Shown here: piece by piece, positions 41,010 through 50,100 of the stretch
Layout: each line of letters begins with the position of its first letter
How positions within the stretch are numbered: position 1 is the first letter of the stretch
Source of the DNA: an uncultured Chthoniobacterales bacterium
GTDB lineage: Bacteria > Verrucomicrobiota > Verrucomicrobiia > Chthoniobacterales > CALDSX01
Direction of reading: 5' to 3'
Assembly: GCA_964652295.1 (NCBI GenBank)
Contig: CAZZCL010000007.1
Coordinates: forward strand, 1 to 58,455
Length of the DNA stretch: 58,455 bases
The notes under the pieces: generated by a model
Databases searched by the model: none
The model's input: only the letters and a program-made list of their open reading frames with translations
Told to the model about the DNA's origin: nothing
Translations under genes and position numbers: made by a program

Positions 41010-42651
41010 TCTCGAAGTCTTGCCGAGGGAGCACGCTCTCAAGCCAATTTCTGTGAATGGATCCAAGTTCCGCTGCCTTCTGCGGGTTGGTCCCAATGAG
41101 ATTATTTGTTTCGCTCACGTCCTCGGGCAGGTGGGTCAGCCGGAACCCGATGCCATAGTCAACTTCGTTCACAATTTTGGAGGGCGTTGAAAAGTAGAGC
41201 TTCCAGTCACCATGGCGCACGGCCCACATGTTTTGCTTGCCTGTGCCAACATCCCAGACCAGCGTCTCATGTCCCACAGTAGAATCTTCACCGGTCAGCA
41301 GTGGCACCAGGTCGATCCCGTCTACGTGCTCGGGAATTGGCGAGCCTGCGAGTCGAGCACTCGTGGGGAGCAGGTCCATGGTGCTCACCACACTGTCGAT
41401 GGTCCGGCCTTCCGGGAAAACTCCTGGCCAGGAAACCAGGAAAGGCGTTCGCAGACCCCCTTCGCACATGCTGAATTTCCCTCCCCGCAAGGGATCATTG
41501 CGGCAGTCGATGGCCAGCGACCCGCCGTTGTCGCTCACATAGATGACAACCGTGTCTTCAAGGAGGTTTGCGGTGTCCAAATGACTGAGGATACGGCCAA
41601 TCGCCCGATCCATAAGTTCGACCTGTCCAATCATGTAGGCCCGCTTCCGTTCCCCTGCATAGACGCGGGCTTTCCATTCATCCAGCTTCTCCTTGGCGGG
41701 ATCCCAATCACCCAGAGGTTCAATACCCTGTTCACGGAGATACTCCTCGGGCAGTTGGGAAGTGTCGTCATGGACCGCGTTGAACGACAGTAGGACGAAA
41801 AAGGGTTTCTTTGAATCTGCGTTGATGAACTCGATGGCCTCGTTAGCGAATAAATCGGTCGAGAAGCCCTCGGGAGCGACCTGCCGGGTGTCGTCCCAGT
41901 AGGGCTGGTAGAACATCGCCGGGTAGCCGGCGCGTTTGGGTTCATGTTCTTGCAGCCGTTGGAGGAAGTCCGTCTCCAATTCCTCGCCGCGACGGAGGTA
42001 ATGAGCGGCTGCAGCGTTGAAGCCGAAAAAGCGGTCAAATCCATGATTCAACGGAAAATTCCGCAAACCGGGACGGAAGTCGCGGTTGACATGGTATTTG
42101 CCGAACATCGCGGTGCGATAGCCCGCCCCGCGCAGCACCTCCGCGATAGTTTTCACCTCAGGGCCGGGAAGACCGGGCCCGCCATACCACCAGTTGCCAT
42201 AGCGTTGCTGGTAGGCGCCCAGAAGCAGGCCCAAGCGGGACGGCGTGCAGATCGGCGACGTGGCATAGCCATTGGTAAAACGCACGCCGGTCCGGGCCAA
42301 GCGGTCGAGATTCGGGGTTTTCACCCCGGTATCCACCTCCGTGTGCGACATGTCGGCAGAGCCGTGGTCATCCGATTGAATGATCAGGATATTCGGTTCC
42401 GCCGGCAGGTCGGGCGAAGCGGATGCCGGTAAAGTCATCAAAATCAAGATTGTCAGGAGCGTAACGGCGCGTCGCGCCCTCCACAGGGTTGTCGCTGGAT
42501 GCAAGGCTTTATTATTCTTCACCAGCGTGGGCTCCGACACCAGTCGGCAATGGAAGTTCAGAGATTCCGAATCGATGCGCAAGGTGCGTGGTCCCGGGCG
42601 ATTTCTTTGTGTGAGTGGGCTGATTTGCATGCTCAACATTAGCGTTCCCAT
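40996..42651 (-). CDS. Secreted Cys-type sulfatase
   Basis: Motifs NILIIQSDDHG and CTPSRLGLLLGAYQQR are present. The signal peptide RRAVTLLTILILMTLPASA begins about 60 aa into the longest ORF, so the real start may be GTG 42522 (MKNNKALHPATTLWRARR...). Confidence 0.8.
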   Translation of the reverse strand: MGTLMLSMQISPLTQRNRPGPRTLRIDSESLNFHCRLVSEPTLVKNNKALHPATTLWRARRAVTLLTILILMTLPASASPDLPAEPNILIIQSDDHGSADMSHTEVDTGVKTPNLDRLARTGVRFTNGYATSPICTPSRLGLLLGAYQQRYGNWWYGGPGLPGPEVKTIAEVLRGAGYRTAMFGKYHVNRDFRPGLRNFPLNHGFDRFFGFNAAAAHYLRRGEELETDFLQRLQEHEPKRAGYPAMFYQPYWDDTRQVAPEGFSTDLFANEAIEFINADSKKPFFVLLSFNAVHDDTSQLPEEYLREQGIEPLGDWDPAKEKLDEWKARVYAGERKRAYMIGQVELMDRAIGRILSHLDTANLLEDTVVIYVSDNGGSLAIDCRNDPLRGGKFSMCEGGLRTPFLVSWPGVFPEGRTIDSVVSTMDLLPTSARLAGSPIPEHVDGIDLVPLLTGEDSTVGHETLVWDVGTGKQNMWAVRHGDWKLYFSTPSKIVNEVDYGIGFRLTHLPEDVSETNNLIGTNPQKAAELGSIHRNWLESVLPRQDFEITEQ

Positions 42652-42717
42652 GAAGATGAGTATTTGTCAATAACGGAGTGAAAAGTGTCACAATGGGGGA
42701 CGATTTGTTCTGTAAAA

Positions 42718-42784
42718 GTGATATGGTAGCATTTTACTCAGGACAGTTTCTCCCTATCCCCCCAACTTTGGTATTCCGTGTTCC
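42718..42784 (+). promoter_or_regulatory. Conserved promoter/5'-leader element, copy 1 (upstream of the DUF1559-type pseudopilin gene)
   Basis: A GTGATAT box is followed, 33 nt from its start, by TCCCTATCCCCCCAACTTTGGTATTCCGTGTTCC. The element is colinear with 44007-44073: the 7-mer box is identical, the spacing is identical, and 28 of 34 positions match in the downstream block. Confidence 0.5.
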
Positions 42785-43023
42785 TCCTCCCCCCCCGCAT
42801 TCTCACCAAGCCATTTATAGGTGGCCTCACCTCTGCGTTTGGCATGGGGGAACGTTGTCGTGGTGGCGGCAGTCATCGGAGCAACGCAGTTCCCGCCAAT
42901 TGCTCAAGAGCTTTTCTCACCGACAGAGAGATCGCAGCTCCAAAACTCACCCGATCTAAAAGCTTTCTACCCAGGTCCTCAGGGTGGACGCCAACCAACC
43001 AGCAGGCTGGATGCACTAAACGA

Positions 43024-43656
43024 ATGAAATCGAGCGGATTGACCCTCACTGAACTGTTGGTGGTCATATCCATTATCGCGATTCTTGCGGCCATCCTGCT
43101 CCCGGTTATGGCTAAAGTCCGCGATCAGGCTCGTCGGACCGCCTGCCTCTCTAACTTGCACGAGGTCGGTCTCGCCTGTCACCTGTTCGCCGCAGAACAT
43201 GAGCAGCACCTGCCGGTCAATAGCCACGTATCCAATCCGCACCTCCGTTTAATTGACTGTCTGACACCCTACCTTAAAAGCCTCGACGTTTTCTACTGCC
43301 CATCAGCGGGGTTTGCCAAACAATCCTACCTGCTCGACACCCCGGAACACCGGGCCCTTGGCAACATCAGCTACTATTACTTCTGCTTTGATGAACTGCC
43401 TTCAACCGCACCCGGCAACGGTAGCGCTCCGACATTTATAGGATGGATCGACAAATGGGTGGCGCGTGAATGGGGCGACCGCCCAAGGAACATGACGATG
43501 CTCTGGGACCGGGATTACTGGTTGGCCTGCTGCTGGTTCGCGGGACCGACAAATGCCAGCAAAATCCACGGCGGAAAATATGCCTCGAATAACATCATCT
43601 ACCTCGGCGGCCATGTGAAATACAACATCGGCCAGGCGCGTGACGCCTTTAAGTGA
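43024..43656 (+). CDS. DUF1559/H-X9-DG-like pseudopilin (GspG-like prepilin-type N-terminal methylation domain)
   Basis: ORF 42778..43656 trimmed to ATG 43024. The class III signal is MKSSG|[23 protein letters not shown], with Glu at +5. [20 protein letters not shown] is typical of the DUF1559 family. The C-terminus [19 protein letters not shown] is a variant of the H-X9-DG motif. Confidence 0.75.
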   Translation: MKSSGLTLTELLVVISIIAILAAILLPVMAKVRDQARRTACLSNLHEVGLACHLFAAEHEQHLPVNSHVSNPHLRLIDCLTPYLKSLDVFYCPSAGFAKQSYLLDTPEHRALGNISYYYFCFDELPSTAPGNGSAPTFIGWIDKWVAREWGDRPRNMTMLWDRDYWLACCWFAGPTNASKIHGGKYASNNIIYLGGHVKYNIGQARDAFK

Positions 43657-44006
43657 ATCGAGGTGTCCTAAAGGGTGTCATGCACTTTGGGCGGTTCGCC
43701 TCCTTGCTTGCTCGGCCAGTGTGGTTTTCACCAAAGCACTTCGCTCGCGCCTTGATACAACGAGCAAGGAGAAGATGCCGGGCTTGCAAGATCGCCAAAA
43801 TCCTCTCCTGCAAATGCCCGCCATTCAGAGCTGAGAAATTCACGCGTTGCCGGATTTGTGCGCGATGGGTGTGTGCTCCGGCGAAGCACCAGAGCAATTA
43901 TGTTTTGCTGGATTCTTACCACGGCCATGAAGAGGCCGATCAAGTCGATCCTATGTCAAGAATTGAGTAAAGAATGTCAAATAGCAGCACGAATTATCCA
44001 GAAAAT

Positions 44007-44073
44007 GTGATATATTAAACTTTGTTTCCCACTGCTTCCTCCCTATCCCCTCAACCTCGGTATACCATGTCCC
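44007..44073 (+). promoter_or_regulatory. Conserved promoter/5'-leader element, copy 2 (upstream of the giant RCC1 protein gene)
   Basis: A GTGATAT box is followed, 33 nt from its start, by TCCCTATCCCCTCAACCTCGGTATACCATGTCCC. See copy 1 for the comparison. It lies in an AT-rich patch. Confidence 0.5.
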
Positions 44074-44108
44074 CCCCTCAAACATCGACCTCATTAAGCC
44101 ATTGGGCC

Positions 44109-47100
44109 ATGACCCGCATGAGACCGCATTCTGGTATGGCATGTGTGAAAGCGGTCGTGGCGGTGGCTGCGATTTTGATTCCCGGGCTTTGCATGGCCGG
44201 AGGTGGGCCGCACAACTGGATCGCCGTGTATGATCCCGGGGATCCGCACAGTGTCGCGGTCGCGCATTATTACCAACAGGCCCGCAGCTTTCCCGAGGCC
44301 AACATGATGCCCTATCTCTTCCCGCGTGTCGATGATGCGACGAATTCGATCAAGGACAAGCTAACCGCCAGCGAATGCTGGACCTTGATCGGGGCGATCC
44401 GGGCGCACGCGACCGAGCGGGGCATTCTCGATCAAATTCATGGTGTGACGCTGCTCGGGCGGACGCCGACGACGGTGAGCACTGCCAGCGGCTTCAGTGG
44501 GTCGGCTGGCATCACCTCTGCCCTCGCCGTGGCGCCGGGCACCACCACCCAGTCGCAATGGGAGAATCGCGTGGACGATTATTCGATGCTCTTCCGCGGA
44601 ACAGACTTTGCGGGTGCCATCCCAATGCCGACGACGGAAATCCGCAGTGATCTGGAGTTTTTTGGTCAACGCTACTGGCTCTCGACGGTCATGGCCTACA
44701 CCGGGCTGGAGGGGTTGCGTCCTGACGAGGTCTTTCATTGGATTGACCGTGGGGTAGGGGCTGATGGCACCGCGCCGGAGGGGACGGTTTATCGCTGCGT
44801 CAACGACGACCACCTGCGCAGCGGGACAAGGGAGTGGCAGATTGCACCGACCACGGCCGAGTGGGACAGCCTCGGCCTCGCCTACGCCGTCGAGGGCAGA
44901 AGCTACGACGGCACGGTCTATGGCGGGATCGATGACAACGTTTCCGAGCCTCGCAACAAGACCGGCGCGCCGGGTTCCTATCCGGTCAACCAACGTGCGA
45001 TTCAAGGGGTGATCGCCGGAGGACGCGACACGTCGCCGGACACGGCGGGCAGCCTCTATCTGCCGGGGGCCTTGGCCGAGCACATGACCAGCCTTGGCGG
45101 CAAGTTCGGCGATGTTTTCGCATGGGGCCAGATGCCGATCACCGAATGGATCCGCTACGGGGCGACGGGCTCGAGCGGCACGGTCATGGAGCCAACCGCG
45201 CTGTGGTATAAATTCGCTCATGCCCGCCTGCACACGCACTACTTCAATGGGGCAACTCTTGCGGAGGCTTTTGCCCAGGCGCAAAAACTCCAGTATCAGA
45301 ATATCACCCTGGGCGAGGCGCTCTGCCAGCCCTACGCGAAAATCCCGCAGGTGGCCATCGCGAACGTCGCCGATGGCGCGACGCTTTCGGGCAGCATCCC
45401 GCTGCAAGTGTCCGCTTCGGGCGAGAGACCTCTTGAAGCCAACCTGGACCTCGCCATCGACGGACGCGTGATCGCCACGGGCGAGAGCCTGACCCTTGAC
45501 ACCACCACCTTGAGCGATGGCTGGCACGAGCTGCGGGTGATCGCTTACAACGCCGATGCCGTGCGCACCCAAGGGGTGGCGGTGCGCGGGGTTTTCGTCA
45601 ATAATGCGGGCGCCTCCGTCTCACTGACGGGCGATGCGAGCGTGGATCGGGGTGACACGGTCAGCCTCACGGCCACCGTCTCAGGCGTGGCCAACGCGAC
45701 CGGCGTCGAAATTCGTTTCTGTGGTCAGGTGCTGGCCACCCTGTCGGCGGGCGGAGGGTCGGTCGAGATCGATGCCGACCGCCTCGGCTACCAGACGCCC
45801 AACAGGCTTTATGCCGTCGCGCTCACTGCGGACGACCGTCCGGTATCGAGCGGACCTCACACGGTTGCGGTCCATTGGGCACCCAAACCGCCGATCGAAG
45901 ACCTGCGCGTCGCCTCCCGGGCCATCGCCCAGGCGCGGTATTTTCCGAACGCAACCGCTCCCGGTTTCGACTGGGATACCGCATCGCCCGCCGCTGTCCA
46001 GCTCGTTGACGACCGCAACGAACTCCGGTTCACCGGCACCGGCGATTATCCCTTTCTCGAAGACGGCGGCGAGACGGAAACCGGCATTGAATTCATCACC
46101 GGGTTTTTGGCGCGGGAGACCGCGATTTACGACTTCGCGTTTCAAGGCGGGGCGCAGTTCGAGTTTCTTGTTGATGGGGAGAGCCTGATTCGGAAAACCA
46201 AGACCACCTCCGGCATCCATTTCGCCCCGGTTATGCTCGAGGCTGGATGGCACGAGCTGCGGGTCCGCGTGTGGGACACCAATGCACTCTCGGGACTCGA
46301 TGTCGCCGTGCGAGCACCCTACACGATCAAATTCACCGGAAGCGGCGTGAGCGACGACCTGATCTACGACTTCGAATACCTAGCGCTCGAACATGTCCGT
46401 GCCATCCAGCCGGAGACGTTGGGGGGGCCAGAATTGGCGCTCGAAGTCACCTCGCCTGGTTCGCTCGCCTTCGCGTGGCGGGACACCCTCGTCAACGAGA
46501 GTGGATGGGAAGTGGGGCGGGATGTCGCCAGTTCGGGTGTCGAACTGACAGATGTTGGCGCATATCTGGGCACCAATACTCCGCCGGAAATCCACCCGCG
46601 CTTTTCCGACGAAGGCATGCGCCCTGACGCTCGTGTGAGCAATGACGATCCCGAACGCTGGACCAATGTGCCCGCCCTGTATGCAGAGGGCGACCGATTG
46701 ATTACGGCGCGTGCTGACAATGGCGACAAAGGCGCGAATATCCTCTACAAGGTTAATGTCCCGGCAGGTGTGTCCATTTATGCCATCGTCAACTCCTCGA
46801 ATAAGCAGCCGACCTGGATGAGCAATCAAGGGGGGTGGGAGTCCTTCGGTATGAAGCCGGAAAGCGAGCTGACCCGCCGCTATGTCGTCTGGGTCAAGCG
46901 ACCGTCCGCAACCGCCGCCACGGTGGAGCTGGGCGGTCCAGGCACGACCAGCGGCATCGATGCTCACGGCATCTCCTTCGTCTTCCTTCGCGAACCGAGC
47001 CGGCAAGGCTACTCCGGTCCCTCGACAACGCCGAGCTTCGAACTTCTGGATTCCGGTGACTTGCTGAAAAAGGGCGGGTTCGTTGCCATCGATAAACAAG

Positions 47101-50100
47101 GCAGCAACGACGACAAGTGGAAGACGGTGCCGACCTGGCTGCAGGGCGAGCGCCGCCTCTTCACCGCCCAGGCGGACAATGCCGACGGTGGTGCCACTCC
47201 GCTCCACAACATACTCGTCCCACCGGGCTTCAGCGTTTATGCCATTTTCGAGGCGTCGAGCGATTCCGTGCAACCGGCATGGATGAGTGCGCAGAGCGGG
47301 TGGTCTTTCATTGACGAAACCATCGCCAGCAATCAGAGCACCGATTGGAAAATCTGGAAACGCGGTCCGCTTGAGGACCTCGAAAGCCTCGACCTCGGCG
47401 GCCCTCTGGCAGGCAAGCGTGCGATTAGTTATGTCTTCATCCGGGAAGACGATTGGCTGCCCATCGCGACTGCACCTACCAACGCGACCACCGCCGTCGC
47501 CACGGGCCAGCCGGGCGGTCTCCAACGCTATCGCCTGCGTGCGGAGATGGCTCCCGACATTCTCCTGCCCGGCCCGCACATCGCCATCGATCCTTCCGTG
47601 CCCACCGCCGACACCGCTCCGAGTGTGCACGCGGGCGAGGAGTTCTCGACCTCACTCCCGGCTCCCGCAGTGCCCCTGACGGGTTCCGCCACGGACACCG
47701 ACACCCCGTCGGCTTCGCTCACTTTTACCTGGAGCAAACTGGACGGGCCCGGTTCCGTCACCTTTGCCGATGCCTCCTCGGCGACCACCTCCGCCTCGTT
47801 TGGCACGGTCGGCAGCCACACCTTGCAGCTTGAGGCCAGTGACGGCGTCTCGTCCGGATTTGATACCGTGGTGGTCAATGTCGTCGGCGGTGCCGTTGGC
47901 AATACCGCCCCAAGCGTGGAGGCTGGTGCCAACCAGTCGATTCACGTCGCGCAGAGCATCCCTTTGCAGGGCAGCGTTGCCGATGACGGTCTGCCCGCCC
48001 CGGCATCCAGCCTGACCGTTGCATGGCGTCAGCTCAGCGGCCCCGGCACGGTGACCTTCGTGGATCGCCGGAACCCGGTTTCGCTGGCCCATTTCCCCGC
48101 TGCGGGCAGCTACGTGCTCGAACTTTCAGCCTCCGACGGATCGGCGACCAGCACCGACACGGTTACCTTCACGGCTTCCTCCAATCCGAATGCTGCGCCA
48201 TCTGTCGATCTCGGTCCGCCACGCCACGCCTTCTTTGGCGCCCCGCTGGTTCTCAATCCGAGTGTCGCTGACGATGGCAACCCTGCGCCACCCGGAACTT
48301 TGGCAGTGCAGTGGTATGCCATGAGTGGTCCGAGTTGGGCGGAGTTCACTTCCGATGATACGTCCGCGACTTCCGTCAATTTCGGCGCCGTCGGCGATTA
48401 CGTGCTCCGCCTGGTCGCCTCGGACGGAGCACGCACCACTGTGCGCGATTTGCAGGTCAACGTCGCCTACGACGACGGCGAGAACGCCGCGCCCCTGGTC
48501 AACGCTGGTGCGGATACCAGCGTGGATTTTCCCAAGACTCTCCAACTCAACGCCACAGCAACCGATGATGGTCGCCCGGCACCACCGGGAGTGATGACTC
48601 ATGCCTGGAGCAAGCTCTCCGGCCCGGGCGATATCCTCTACGAGTTGATCGACGGTGGCCCGGACGCGCTGATGAAATTCACTGCAGCGGGCAACTACGA
48701 ACTGCAACTCGAATCATCCGACGGCAATCTCTCCGCGACCGACCGCGTTCTCGTCACCGTCCGTCCCGCCGCAGGGCGGGTTGTCTATGCATGGGGCTAC
48801 AATTTTCGCGGACAGGCCGGAGTTCCTACCACAGATTCCTTTGTCACGACCCCGTTCCCGATCGAAGGTGGTGTGCGCGACATGGAGCCCGGCCAAAACT
48901 CGAGCTACGCCGTGCGCGTCAATGGCGAGTTCTCTTCCACCGGGCTAAATTCGCAGGGCAGTCTTGGGGATCCTGGTTTGGCACTCGGCGTCTGGCGTCG
49001 TTCTTTTGTCGCCGTGCCCGGTCTCACCAACATCGTCCAGGCCTCGACCTCCCGCGATGGAGGTGCCGCACTCGATGCCTCCGGGCGGGTCTGGACGTGG
49101 GGCGACAATGACAGTGGACAACTCGGAGACGGCACCACCGCCGACCGCCCGACGCCCGCTCTTGTCCCTGGGCTGGACGGCGTGATCGCCATTGCTTGCG
49201 GTTCCGACCGCGTGCTCGCTCTCAAGTCCGACGGCACGGTGGTTGGTTGGGGCGACAACTATGGCGGCGAACTCGGCACCGGGCTCGAGAAGAACGACTA
49301 CCTCACCCCCATCGCGATGAGCGGGGTGGACGATGCCGTGGCCATCGCCGCCGGCTCGATCATGACGGCGATTCTTCGCGAAGACGGCACGGTCTGGACC
49401 TGTGGCGCTGCCGGCAACAGGGAGCTGGGCCAGGGCGATGGCGTTCTCAAATCGCTCCTTCCCGGTCAAGTAGCTGATCCGCTCGATCCCAGCGGCTATC
49501 TTCAAGATGTCGTCAAGATCGTGATGGACTTGGATCATTGTCTCGCACTGAAAGCCGATGGCACGGTGATGGCCTGGGGCGAGAACTACTATGGGAAGCT
49601 CGGCAACGGAACGACCAACGGAGTCAACACCGCGATTCCTGTGCCGGGCCTGATTGGCATCGTCGATATCGCTGCCAGCGAATCGAACAGCTTTGCCGTG
49701 GCATCCGATGGCACCCTCTACGCATGGGGCAGGGCCGCCACCGGCATGCTCGCCAATGGCATCGCCGGCGGCCCCGATCGCCTCAGCCCTGCCGCCGTCA
49801 CCGGGCTACCTCCGATCGCCCAGATATTTGCCACCTCCGAAACCGCCTTTGCTGTCACCCCGTGGAGCCATGATGCCTACGCAGCGCAGTTCTTTCCACG
49901 GGCCGAGATCGACGCTGGCCTTGCCGCCCCGCTGGTGGATTCAGACGGCGATTCGAGGGTCACACTCCTCGAATACGTGCTGCGCACCGACCCGCGCGCC
50001 CCTGACCGCCCAGCACTCTATCGCGGCATCATCGATGGCGAAGAATTTGTCTTCGAAGTCGAACTTGCGGACGTGCCTGATGCCACTGTCGCGTTCGAGA

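Noticed and set aside
42778-43023. A GTG-initiated 82-aa N-terminal extension of the pseudopilin ORF ([13 protein letters not shown]...).
   Set aside because: The prepilin signal requires a short leader before G|LTLTELL, and ATG 43024 provides MKSSG. The extension has no GC3 bias and overlaps the conserved non-coding leader element.
43653-43970. A Cys-rich 105-aa ORF (..RRRCRACKIAKILSCKCPPFRAEKFTRCRICARWVC..) and the overlapping minus-strand ORFs 43649..43897 and 43728..43943. I briefly considered a zinc-ribbon protein or a decayed recombinase.
   Set aside because: The region has no GC3 bias and has ORFs open in several frames. The alignment to tyrosine-recombinase C-termini was not convincing. 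It is more likely the promoter and leader region of the giant gene.
47616-48764. Periodic ~285-nt repetition, checked as a possible CRISPR or DNA tandem repeat.
   Set aside because: The repeats are diverged at nucleotide level, lie in frame within a long ORF, and correspond to PKD-like protein domains. No short direct repeat/spacer architecture exists anywhere in the window.
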